Below, in pieces: positions 38,220 through 46,164 of a stretch of DNA of 56,377 nucleotides. Within the stretch, counting starts at the first letter, position 1; each line of letters opens with the position of its first letter. This DNA is from a virus (Duplodnaviria > Caudoviricetes), in IMG/VR virus record IMGVR_UViG_3300042465_002016, positions 1-56,377 of that record. The stretch is one strand, 5' to 3'. The notes below the pieces were generated by a model that was not told the DNA's origin, ran no database searches, and saw only the letters and a list, made by a program, of their open reading frames with translations. The translations under genes and the position numbers were made by a program.

Positions 38220-38241
38220 TGTCAGTCTATCCTGCTATACT
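38220..38241 (+). promoter_or_regulatory. PafBC/RecA-NDp-type promoter
   Basis: TGTCAG-N10-TATACT. Confidence 0.75.
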
Positions 38242-38276
38242 TAAAATTCAACAACAACAGAAAAGGAAATAAACTC

Positions 38277-39293
38277 ATGGCACATGACATCGAAACTCAA
38301 AATGGCGTAGCAAGTTTTGCTTCATTTAGAGAACCTGCTTGGCATGGATTGGGTACTGTATTCACAGATGAAAAATCTACCACAGAAATGTTGGCTGCTG
38401 CTAACCTTAATGGGTGGAATGTTCGTCTAGAGGATTTAGAAACCCCAGCACATCTAGCAAGCGACAAGGCGTACCAGTATGTCTTGCGTACTAATCCCAC
38501 AGATAACACTCAAACCGATATTCTCGGAATTGTTGGTGAGCGTTATCACCCATTACAGAATGAGGATCTATTTTCATTCGGTGACAATATCCTAGACGGC
38601 GGGGGTCGTTGGGAAACTGCTGGCTCAATCAAGGGTGGTCGTGTCGTATTCGGTGCGTTAGCACTAGAGCGTGAAACAATTCTTGACCCTAATGGTGTTG
38701 CCGATAAGGTTAAAACTTATTTGCTCATCAACACATCACATGACGGCTCGATTGCTATTCAAGCAAGTATCACGCCAGTTCGTGTTGTATGCGCTAACAC
38801 TCTCAACCTTGCTCTTGGTTCAATCAAGAAAAAGAATGGTGTCAAGCAATCTTTCAAGATTCGCCATACTCAAACTGCTAACGGCAAGGTACAAATTGCT
38901 CGTGAAACTCTTGGCATGGCTAACAAGTATATGGACGAATTCGACATCATGGCTAAGGCTATGATCGAAAAGGAAGTCAATGCTAAGTCATTCAATGACA
39001 TCATTCTTGCTGCTTATCCTAAGCCAGACAAGGATTCTAAAGGCTCAATCAAAAAGTGGGAAAATAAAGTTGGCATGGTCAATGATATTTACACTGGTGA
39101 GTTTAATGGAATGATTGCTGGTAATGCGTGGGGTGCGTTTAATGCTCTCACCGAACGCCTTGACTGGTATCGTTCTGCTCGTGGTGGTAATAACGAATCT
39201 ATGCTCGCAAGCGCAAGCGGATTTGATCCTGCGATTAACGCAGAAAAAAATCGTTTGCTAAAAGTTGTTCAAAATGTTATGGCGTTAGCCTAA
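38277..39293 (+). CDS. DUF932 (TIGR03299-like) phage/plasmid protein
   Basis: REPAWHGLG, LQN...F.F.D, WETAGS..GG..VF, NTSHDGS, TPVRVVCANTL, RHT, WGAFNA.TE. Confidence 0.88.
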   Translation: MAHDIETQNGVASFASFREPAWHGLGTVFTDEKSTTEMLAAANLNGWNVRLEDLETPAHLASDKAYQYVLRTNPTDNTQTDILGIVGERYHPLQNEDLFSFGDNILDGGGRWETAGSIKGGRVVFGALALERETILDPNGVADKVKTYLLINTSHDGSIAIQASITPVRVVCANTLNLALGSIKKKNGVKQSFKIRHTQTANGKVQIARETLGMANKYMDEFDIMAKAMIEKEVNAKSFNDIILAAYPKPDKDSKGSIKKWENKVGMVNDIYTGEFNGMIAGNAWGAFNALTERLDWYRSARGGNNESMLASASGFDPAINAEKNRLLKVVQNVMALA

Positions 39294-39297
39294 CAAA

Positions 39298-39325
39298 AAA
39301 TCCTGAGCATGATTTCAAACTGCTC
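39298..39325 (+). ncRNA. Mini H-type pseudoknot motif, copy 5
   Basis: AAATC-CT-GAGCA-T-GATTT-CAAAC-TGCTC. Confidence 0.7.
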
Positions 39326-39332
39326 ACCATTA

Positions 39333-39406
39333 GGTCTGTTAGCTCAGTTGGTTAGAGCGCTACCCTGTCACGGTAGAGGTCGTGGGTTCAAGTCCCATAC
39401 AGATCG
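39333..39406 (+). tRNA. tRNA-Asp (GTC)
   Basis: Cloverleaf: acceptor GGTCTGT/ACAGATC, anticodon loop CTGTCAC, TTCAA T-loop; no encoded CCA. Confidence 0.92.
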
Positions 39407-39556
39407 CAAGAGCCCGGGCTTGATATTTTTATGACATTTTCTTGCAAACCTTATTACGGTAAGATGACATTTTTCCCAGTTTCTAATTACGATACAGTTG
39501 ACTTTTTCCCCAAACCATGCGATAATTAGTACATACCACAAACCACAAGGAGAATA

Positions 39557-39715
39557 ATGCTTGGCTATACACAAAAAGATTTAGCAGATATGACCTATGG
39601 AGTAGCAAATGCTGATCTGTTAATCAATGCAGATGAGAATCCTGCTATTCATAACTATTTAGTTAAGACAGAAGAATTTTTAAATGGCCTACGAACAGAA
39701 GGGTACTTTGACTAA
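39557..39715 (+). CDS. Hypothetical protein (52 aa)
   Basis: AGGAG RBS; TTGACT-N17-GATAAT promoter upstream. Confidence 0.55.
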   Translation: MLGYTQKDLADMTYGVANADLLINADENPAIHNYLVKTEEFLNGLRTEGYFD

Positions 39716-39957
39716 TGTTTGAATCTAACTGGATTAAGTATGAATGGCTATGTACTGAGTGTGATAGTTTAATGGAACTTAGCACTTATTGGAAAGAGGA
39801 GTATGTAACTACCCCTGTTTGTCCCTGCCCACATCAGGCTATTATTGGGATTGGCAGGCATGTCCTGGAGTCATCATCCTTTGTTTCATACCACAGTGAT
39901 GTGACCAGTATCACACCTACGCCGCTTGTCAAAATCAACTCAAACCCCTATAATTAA
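39715..39957 (+). CDS. Zn-ribbon-like hypothetical protein
   Basis: CTEC...CPC. Confidence 0.5.
   Translation: MFESNWIKYEWLCTECDSLMELSTYWKEEYVTTPVCPCPHQAIIGIGRHVLESSSFVSYHSDVTSITPTPLVKINSNPYN
39900..39954 (+). promoter_or_regulatory. CRP box plus SigA-type promoter
   Basis: TGTGA-CCAGTA-TCACA then TTGTCA-N17-TATAAT. Confidence 0.65.
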
Positions 39958-40114
39958 TATATGGACCTAAAAACAATAACAGAGTATATAAACATACATA
40001 AGGTATCAATGGAACAAGACTTAGAGACAATTAAAAACTCTGGTCGTTGGGCTAATGATAGAGTTGCCTTAGAAGGTGCTATCAACGTATCTAATCATTA
40101 CTTGGAGTATATCA

Positions 40115-40396
40115 ATGAGCGATAAGTATCCTTTTATACCTGACCATTTAACTAAGGCATTAGAAGATATCTCTATTCCATTAATTGATATCATGCATGG
40201 TGAACTAAAGAATCTAATGCTTATTACTGAACAAATATGGGAGGCTGCTAAAAACGGGGACCCATTAGAAGAAGATGAGTATGATGAATCAGATGATTAT
40301 CATCAGGGGTACCTACAGGCCTTGACAGATATGTACTGCCTAACGTATAATTTAAGTATTGACCGTAAAAATATTGAGGAGAAATATAATGCCTAA
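40115..40396 (+). CDS. Hypothetical acidic protein
   Basis: GGAG RBS before ATG 40115. Confidence 0.6.
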   Translation: MSDKYPFIPDHLTKALEDISIPLIDIMHGELKNLMLITEQIWEAAKNGDPLEEDEYDESDDYHQGYLQALTDMYCLTYNLSIDRKNIEEKYNA

Positions 40397-40568
40397 GTGT
40401 TTAGATTGTGGTAACACTAAATTCTTTACTTACTGTGAGAACAGTTACAACGAAGCCGAGTATGACGAAAGCGGTGAGATGATAGATGTAATCTATAAAG
40501 AGTACCACGAGCCAGAGGAAGCCACCTGTAAAGAGTGTGAGTCTATTAACATTGAGGGTAAAGTATGA
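40389..40568 (+). CDS. Zn-ribbon protein
   Basis: CLDCGN...CKECES; AGGAG RBS. Confidence 0.6.
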   Translation: MPKCLDCGNTKFFTYCENSYNEAEYDESGEMIDVIYKEYHEPEEATCKECESINIEGKV

Positions 40569-40897
40569 GTATCCTAATTGAAATGGACTATGATGAATGG
40601 TTTGATACCTACAAGCCAATACCCAATCATATAGACACTAATGCTTCATTTAGCGATGGAGAGTATGGCTATATGTTTGAAACATATGGAGATGAACTAA
40701 CATTTATACAGGGGGCCAATGATAACGTTATTTGGACTTATGGGGATGGTGATGATGGAGGCACGTATATCTGGTCTGGTTATAGCTTTGTTAATAGGAT
40801 TGGATATTTTATTACTGAACGGCCTTGGGTAAATGATGTTCAGGCTTTAGTTATCCCAGCAGATGATGAACTTGACAATGATGAGGATGAGGAGTAA
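40565..40897 (+). CDS. Hypothetical phage protein
   Basis: YKPIPNH...FETYG...IWT...G..FVNRIGYFITE. Confidence 0.7.
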   Translation: MSILIEMDYDEWFDTYKPIPNHIDTNASFSDGEYGYMFETYGDELTFIQGANDNVIWTYGDGDDGGTYIWSGYSFVNRIGYFITERPWVNDVQALVIPADDELDNDEDEE

Positions 40898-40906
40898 AAT
40901 TGTAGT

Positions 40907-41254
40907 ATGACCAAAAAAATAACACTAGACCTAGACCTACACTACGCTGGCATGATCGCAATTGACTCAGGGCAAGCAATGGTTGGCGACCCTGCCTACC
41001 TTGACAACTGGGATGATGACAAAACTAAAGAATGGAATCTCGAAGGCAAAGTAGGCCAGTACTCTTATCAAGGTGCTAGCGCTACTACTCTTACTAAGAA
41101 CTATGGGCAATTAGAAACTGCTACTGCTGTGGTATTCAGTACTGGACTTGGTGACGGACTATATCCTGTCTATGTTCATACAGACGAGGAAGGCACAATT
41201 ACTAAGGTAGTTATTGATTTCGAAGGGGATATTGACCACTATGAATCCGACTGA
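40907..41254 (+). CDS. DUF4241-like protein
   Basis: IDSGQAMVGDP...STGLGDGLYPVY. Confidence 0.6.
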   Translation: MTKKITLDLDLHYAGMIAIDSGQAMVGDPAYLDNWDDDKTKEWNLEGKVGQYSYQGASATTLTKNYGQLETATAVVFSTGLGDGLYPVYVHTDEEGTITKVVIDFEGDIDHYESD

Positions 41255-41537
41255 TAAAGATAAACTAAACCAATGTATATCCCTTCTAGAATCTACGGAC
41301 CTATTCCCTTCACTAGTATGGCTATGGACATGGGATGTTGTTAAAAGTATTTTAGGCGACCCTGAGTATAAAGTAAATGTAACAGAGGAGCAAATGTGGG
41401 GGCACCTATGTGAGGCCGTAGAGAACGGCATGGGTTTCTCTATGGAGTTTGGTTCGGAGTCACTTCACGAGGATATCAGGGAGTGGATGTTGGAGAAAGA
41501 ATACATCTCAGACCCATACGATGAAGATGACGACTAA
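41241..41537 (+). CDS. Hypothetical protein
   Basis: ORF in operon. Confidence 0.6.
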   Translation: MNPTDKDKLNQCISLLESTDLFPSLVWLWTWDVVKSILGDPEYKVNVTEEQMWGHLCEAVENGMGFSMEFGSESLHEDIREWMLEKEYISDPYDEDDD

Positions 41538-41709
41538 CAGATTAGATAAGCGTTTATCTGAATATACATTCGATGAACTATGCGTTGCCATATGTGAATG
41601 GTGCAAGGACCCTGATATGAATATGTCAGAGTACATGTGCCCTAACTGCTACAAAGATGACGAACAGATCTGCACAGAATGCTGCGGATGTTATGATGAG
41701 GAGAACTAA
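41521..41709 (+). CDS. Cys-rich hypothetical protein
   Basis: CEWC, CPNC, CTECCGC; start uncertain. Confidence 0.5.
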   Translation: MKMTTNRLDKRLSEYTFDELCVAICEWCKDPDMNMSEYMCPNCYKDDEQICTECCGCYDEEN

Positions 41710-42065
41710 TGGGAGCACGTATTAACTTTATATTTAAAGACTCAGAGTCAGGGCCTAGTGTAGTACTATATAGTCATTGGGGCCAGATGAACTGGCAACC
41801 TGATATCGCTGCAGCCCTAACACATTCAAGGGCCCGTTGGTCAGACTCTTCATATGCCACCCGCATGATGATTAGTTATCTTATTCAAGACAGTGTTCTA
41901 GACGAGCACGGTTTTGGAATCTATGCAATTAACAATGAGTCATGGGACCTTGGCGAGCAAAGCATTGTTGTTGACTTTGTTAATAATACTATTACTGATA
42001 TTCACCCTGTTGAATTTAACGCATTTATTAATGCATATGCACCTCATCTATCACTAACTAACTAA
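41709..42065 (+). CDS. Hypothetical phage protein
   Basis: MGARINF...LYSHWG...RWSD.SY..R. Confidence 0.7.
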   Translation: MGARINFIFKDSESGPSVVLYSHWGQMNWQPDIAAALTHSRARWSDSSYATRMMISYLIQDSVLDEHGFGIYAINNESWDLGEQSIVVDFVNNTITDIHPVEFNAFINAYAPHLSLTN

Positions 42066-42075
42066 GGAGAAACAA

Positions 42076-42234
42076 ATGGCTAAGAAATCAAAAGCAAAAA
42101 CAATCCCGTACCTAGAAACATGGGATACCCGTTACGGTAAGTCTCAACGTCTTGTACTTCGTAAGAATGGTAAGTTTGTCGATAATACCAGTCTTACAGC
42201 CCTAAAGCAAGGGGAACGGGTCACCTCTCGCTAA
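42076..42234 (+). CDS. Small basic protein (52 aa)
   Basis: AAGGAG RBS. Confidence 0.6.
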   Translation: MAKKSKAKTIPYLETWDTRYGKSQRLVLRKNGKFVDNTSLTALKQGERVTSR

Positions 42235-42313
42235 TATAAAGATGAGGGGCGCATGCTTGTGGTGAACTTGCGCCTCTCTCTTTTATTTGCTATAATGGAC
42301 AGGAGAGGAAAAC

Positions 42314-42550
42314 ATGTATCGAATTACTCGCAGTACCCATACCACTAAAGAGGAAAAGGTTGCTCAAAAAATCTCGGTATTGTTATCAGACTTTACTCTT
42401 GATCTAGAAAAGGTAGGATACTACCTAGCAAAGGCAATCCCACTTCTATTGTTTAAGCGGTCACTAGAAGTATTAGAGTCAGCACAATTCCAAGATGATA
42501 TAATGGAACAAGAGAGAATAGGATATGACCATGACAGACTTTTATCTTAA
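42314..42550 (+). CDS. Hypothetical protein
   Basis: RBS and TGCTATAAT promoter upstream. Confidence 0.65.
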   Translation: MYRITRSTHTTKEEKVAQKISVLLSDFTLDLEKVGYYLAKAIPLLLFKRSLEVLESAQFQDDIMEQERIGYDHDRLLS

Positions 42551-42788
42551 GTGTGACATCTTAAAAGATTTTGCTGTAAGGTATGAAGAAGAGTATAAAG
42601 AATTTATTGAGTTCAACGATATAGGTTTTCCAATAGCGTACTTCCATTCCGAAGGTTTAGTAATGGCTAAGGTTGATGGGCAACGTTATGTCGAAGAAAC
42701 ATGGGAATTACTATTAGCAGAGATGGACGTTGATGATACAGGGTTTGAAGATCTTGATCATCTGATAGAAAGTATTCCACATCAATAA
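42525..42788 (+). CDS. Hypothetical acidic protein
   Basis: F.EFNDIG.P.AY...ETW..LL. Confidence 0.65.
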   Translation: MTMTDFYLKCDILKDFAVRYEEEYKEFIEFNDIGFPIAYFHSEGLVMAKVDGQRYVEETWELLLAEMDVDDTGFEDLDHLIESIPHQ

Positions 42789-42806
42789 TTTTTAGCTACC
42801 TGGTGT

Positions 42807-42836
42807 GGCCCTTCGGGGCCCCCCGGGATTTTTTTT
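42807..42836 (+). terminator. Putative terminator ending the early region
   Basis: GGCC-CTTCGG-GGCC hairpin followed by CCCGGG and T8 run. Confidence 0.6.
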
Positions 42837-42839
42837 GCA

Positions 42840-43600
42840 AATTTATCAAACCATCAAACCTTAAAACCCTATTACGAACCAAACCTTATTTTTCCCAGAA
42901 CTTTATTACGATAGACAAATAATTTTCCCCAATCATAGACAAACCTTCAAACCAGCTATAAAGGTTTTGTATTGTATCTTATACTACTGACATTACGAAC
43001 TGACTTATTTATCCCCCGCCCCAGAAATGACTGCCAGGATAGCTACACATCCCGCAGCGGGGGATCAAAAGATATACCAAATTCCCTAGTATAAAAGACA
43101 TTACGAATAACAAACCTTTTTCCCTGGTTTCTAGATATTTATAAAACCTTTCTATTATTTTTTATTAATTAATTGGACATTTCGAGCAATTTTGTATAGG
43201 GTTTTTAGGCTATAAAGGTTTGACAAATAGAGGTTTGAATGGTATACTCCACAGCTGGGAAGGGAAGGTTTGACAAAGGAAAGGTTTTGTGGTAGGGTTT
43301 TAAAACGTCCTGGACATTACGAACCCTTCTGTCTAAATGCTCCATACTCCACTTCCCTCCCTTTTCCTCCACTCAAAGATAAATCTAAAAAATATCAGTA
43401 AGATCTATCCTGTGGATAACTACAGTAAACCTGTGGATAACTTTACCAAACCATGCCTTCTCCCTGTGGATAACTCTATGATATGATGGACATATGAAAC
43501 CTTTATTAGTCATTTTGCTTGGTCTATTTATCTTTGTAAACTACATGGCATATCTCCAACAAATCCGTATGACCTCATAAACATTACGATAGATCAAATC
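42840..43600. other. Repeat-rich, largely non-coding, origin-like region
   Basis: Repeated ATTACGA, AAACC(T)/AGGTTT, TTTTCCC; AT-rich stretch; DnaA boxes TGTGGATAA at 43411, 43432, 43465. Confidence 0.55.
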
Positions 43601-43739
43601 TTTTCCCCAATCATGGTATGATATCTATATGAAAAATACATATAAGTGTCCAGAATGTGCTACCTCTATTGTCATTACAACCAAGGTACATGATCTACCA
43701 GAGTCTATCATCTGTCCTTGTGATGCTGTAATGCCATTA

Positions 43740-43780
43740 AAACCTTAGCCTTTACCTAACAAACCTTAGCCTTTACCTAA
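43740..43780 (+). repeat. Tandem 20-nt direct repeat
   Basis: AAACCTTAGCCTTTACCTAA x2, separated by one C. Confidence 0.85.
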
Positions 43781-44254
43781 TTTGTCAGGGTATACAATCA
43801 TCTGGCTGTGTGGTATCATGGATATATGGAAATCTTAACCGAACAATGTTATTACTGCGATAAGCCAGCAGAGTATAATGACATTGTTGTAGAAGACCTA
43901 GTATATTCTGTCTCTGGCGTATGTAAGAAACATCTTAGAATGGGGTTATCATCATGAATGACTATAGACCTATAAGTATCTTAGCTTTTATACTTGTTAT
44001 AGCGTTAACGGGAGTTGTTTTCTTTTACCCCGCATAAATAGGGTGCTTGACATACCCTTTGAAATTTGCTACACTTAGATTGAAAAGGAGAAACACATGA
44101 CAACACAAATGATACATGAACTAATGCAAGCAATGTTTGACAACAATAAGTCAGGCGGACTTGATTATGTTGAAAGCAACACGGTCAAAGAGATAATCCA
44201 GGGATACTTCCCAAAGGCTGTTGAGTCTTTCGAACCTGCTTACTAATATAAACC

Positions 44255-44280
44255 CTCCTAGACATGAGTATAAACTGTCT
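44255..44280 (+). ncRNA. Mini H-type pseudoknot motif, copy 6
   Basis: CTC-CT-AGACA-T-GAG-TATAAAC-TGTCT. Confidence 0.7.
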
Positions 44281-44309
44281 ACTTAAAATTTCTACAACAT
44301 ATAGGATAC

Positions 44310-44711
44310 TTGATGACGATTAGACAAGTTAGAACAAAGAGTAATAGATACAATACTGTAAAGTATGACAGTGCTGGGAATATATTAACACCAGCTAGGA
44401 AGAAAGAGATCAAAGAGCTTAAAAAGCTTTCTAAAAACCCTAATGAGAAAAAGGCACCATTAATGAGTAAATGTGGAGCTATTACAAAGAAGAAAAGACC
44501 GTGCCCAATCTTAGTAGAAGCATGGAGAACCAGTGGTTTTTGCCATGTCCATGATCCAGCAGGTAAGTTTAGGCAGCAAACCAAGAAAAAAGGTTATAAG
44601 ACTCATACCTATAAATTAGATTGTAATCACAAATGGTATATGCGGGATGAAGGTATTACCTGTAAGAATTGTCTTATCATTTGGAATCCTGAGATGGATG
44701 CTAACCTATAG
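44310..44711 (+). CDS. Basic Zn-finger protein
   Basis: CGAITKKKRPC...FCHVH (DUF5763-like CCCH); second C.H..CxxC. Confidence 0.55.
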   Translation: MMTIRQVRTKSNRYNTVKYDSAGNILTPARKKEIKELKKLSKNPNEKKAPLMSKCGAITKKKRPCPILVEAWRTSGFCHVHDPAGKFRQQTKKKGYKTHTYKLDCNHKWYMRDEGITCKNCLIIWNPEMDANL

Positions 44712-44972
44712 TGCCCGTGTAGGGCAGGGGAAGGTTTGTTACCCTCTATTTTCCGCCGAACTTGACTAATTTTTCGCCAAGGTGTATACTAAGTATATGA
44801 ATTGTAAACAGTGTGGTATGAATAAAGAAGATATCTCATATTGGGACAATCATCAAACCATGAGTGATTATAGGGTGTGGTGTGCCAAAAGAATCTAAGA
44901 TTATGCGTATGGACTGGAAATCTTTAGGATATTGGCCTGTCTACAAAGACGGCAGAATGGTGTGGGAAAAAA

Positions 44973-45278
44973 ATGATAACCATAAAGATTCAAAAGACTA
45001 AGATACTTCCATTACGATGGATCGGTAATTTATTTGAAAAGATTTCTAGCCCTCATTTAATGAAAGCTTTACACTATGATGATCACGACGATCATGGGTT
45101 TGCTTATAAATACCATTCAGTTATGTGGACAATACTTCGCAGACCATATAAATGGTGGGGAACATATTATGAACTTGACCTACAAGGAATGATAGATGAT
45201 TTAAAAGGATCTGGTTGGGATGACTATGATGAATTTGGCAAAGCATATTGGGATAATGATAAAGGGGAACAAGAATGA
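44973..45278 (+). CDS. Hypothetical protein
   Basis: 101 aa ORF. Confidence 0.55.
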   Translation: MITIKIQKTKILPLRWIGNLFEKISSPHLMKALHYDDHDDHGFAYKYHSVMWTILRRPYKWWGTYYELDLQGMIDDLKGSGWDDYDEFGKAYWDNDKGEQE

Positions 45279-45429
45279 AAAAATCAAACGTAAAAGCTTC
45301 ACAGGCTAAAGTAAAAAGAGCAATAAAAAATAAAAAAAGATTGGCAGATAAGCCAAAGACTTCTAGCCATGAGGCAAAGATTCAAAGAATTCGTCAAGAT
45401 ATTATCGCAGAGCACCTAGGTAATTTCTA

Positions 45430-45636
45430 ATGTGGTCATGGGTATTAGCAGCAATAGGCGTTACAGGCATCTTCCTGGTCGGTAGAAAGACTATCTGGGG
45501 TTGGTTGGTACTATGTGTCAATGAGTGCTTATGGATTGCGTATGCTCTTGCTACTAAGCAATATGGGTTTATAGTTGCTGCGATTGCTTATGGTATTGTA
45601 TATATTAAATCATTTATGCATTGGAGAAAAGGTTGA
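45430..45636 (+). CDS. Small membrane protein, PnuC-like half-transporter fold
   Basis: Three hydrophobic helices; G.K..WGW, LW..YA....QYG. Confidence 0.55.
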   Translation: MWSWVLAAIGVTGIFLVGRKTIWGWLVLCVNECLWIAYALATKQYGFIVAAIAYGIVYIKSFMHWRKG

Positions 45637-45995
45637 TAATTATAGATATTGACGATACCCTTCTAAAAAGAGACGGTACTCCAATACAACACGTTATTGA
45701 TTATGTAAATAGCATTTATGATACCAAGGTTGTTGTAACTGGTAGAAACAGCTCTGAAAGACTTAAGACTGTTGCCCAACTACATAATGCTAAAATTAAC
45801 TATGATAGGCTTGTTATGAATCCTGGTAACTATCAAGATTCTCATAAGTTTAAAGGACAGGTTGCACAAGAATTTGGTTTTGTAACTACCCTTGCTATAG
45901 AAAACAATGCTTCAGCTCGTGCAGCATATGAAAAATTTGGTATTAAAACTTTAGATCCTGCCCTTATTCCACAAGAATGGGACATGCCTGATTAA
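45621..45995 (+). CDS. HAD-superfamily phosphatase (PNKP 3'-phosphatase-like)
   Basis: DIDDTL, VTGR, L.M, K. Confidence 0.75.
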   Translation: MEKRLIIIDIDDTLLKRDGTPIQHVIDYVNSIYDTKVVVTGRNSSERLKTVAQLHNAKINYDRLVMNPGNYQDSHKFKGQVAQEFGFVTTLAIENNASARAAYEKFGIKTLDPALIPQEWDMPD

Positions 45996-46164
45996 TGCGT
46001 AATAGTTTTGAGTTTGAAGAATTAGATGAACCTGTAGATTTACAAGTGCACACTCTTTCACCTACAAAGTGGATGTTAGTTGACCGTGAAACAGGACAGG
46101 TGTATACTGGTAATAAGAATGGCTATTGGGATAGGTTAGAACCAATTATTAAGAAAGAAGTTTA

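Larger units (their letters stand above)
31019..42827. repeat. Dispersed intergenic CCCGGG motif (8 copies)
   Basis: 31019, 32460, 33730, 34951, 36375, 38119, 39413, 42822. Confidence 0.8.

Noticed and set aside
30600-39000. LexA SOS boxes as the explanation for the early-region motifs
   Set aside because: I did not see repeated actinobacterial TCGAAC-N4-GTTCGA palindromes; the recurring motif is the non-palindromic RecA-NDp type.
39368-39574. 68-aa minus-strand ORF
   Set aside because: Antisense to tRNA-Asp and a promoter; its C-terminus is a typical tRNA shadow translation.
31019-42827. CRISPR array or integron attC array
   Set aside because: Repeat units are short motifs separated by over 1 kb of genes; no constant repeat/spacer period, no cas or integrase, no attC-like bottom-strand hairpins seen.
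31713-43790. Other TGTCAG hexamers (31713, 32767, 37549, 41624, 43783)
   Set aside because: No TANNNT at the N10 spacing, so not counted as promoters.
33696-44280. Hammerhead ribozyme or frameshift signal for the CTGAGCA...AAAC motif
   Set aside because: Lacks the CUGAUGA/GAAA three-stem core, and copies lie after stop codons without an obvious slippery site in a reading frame.
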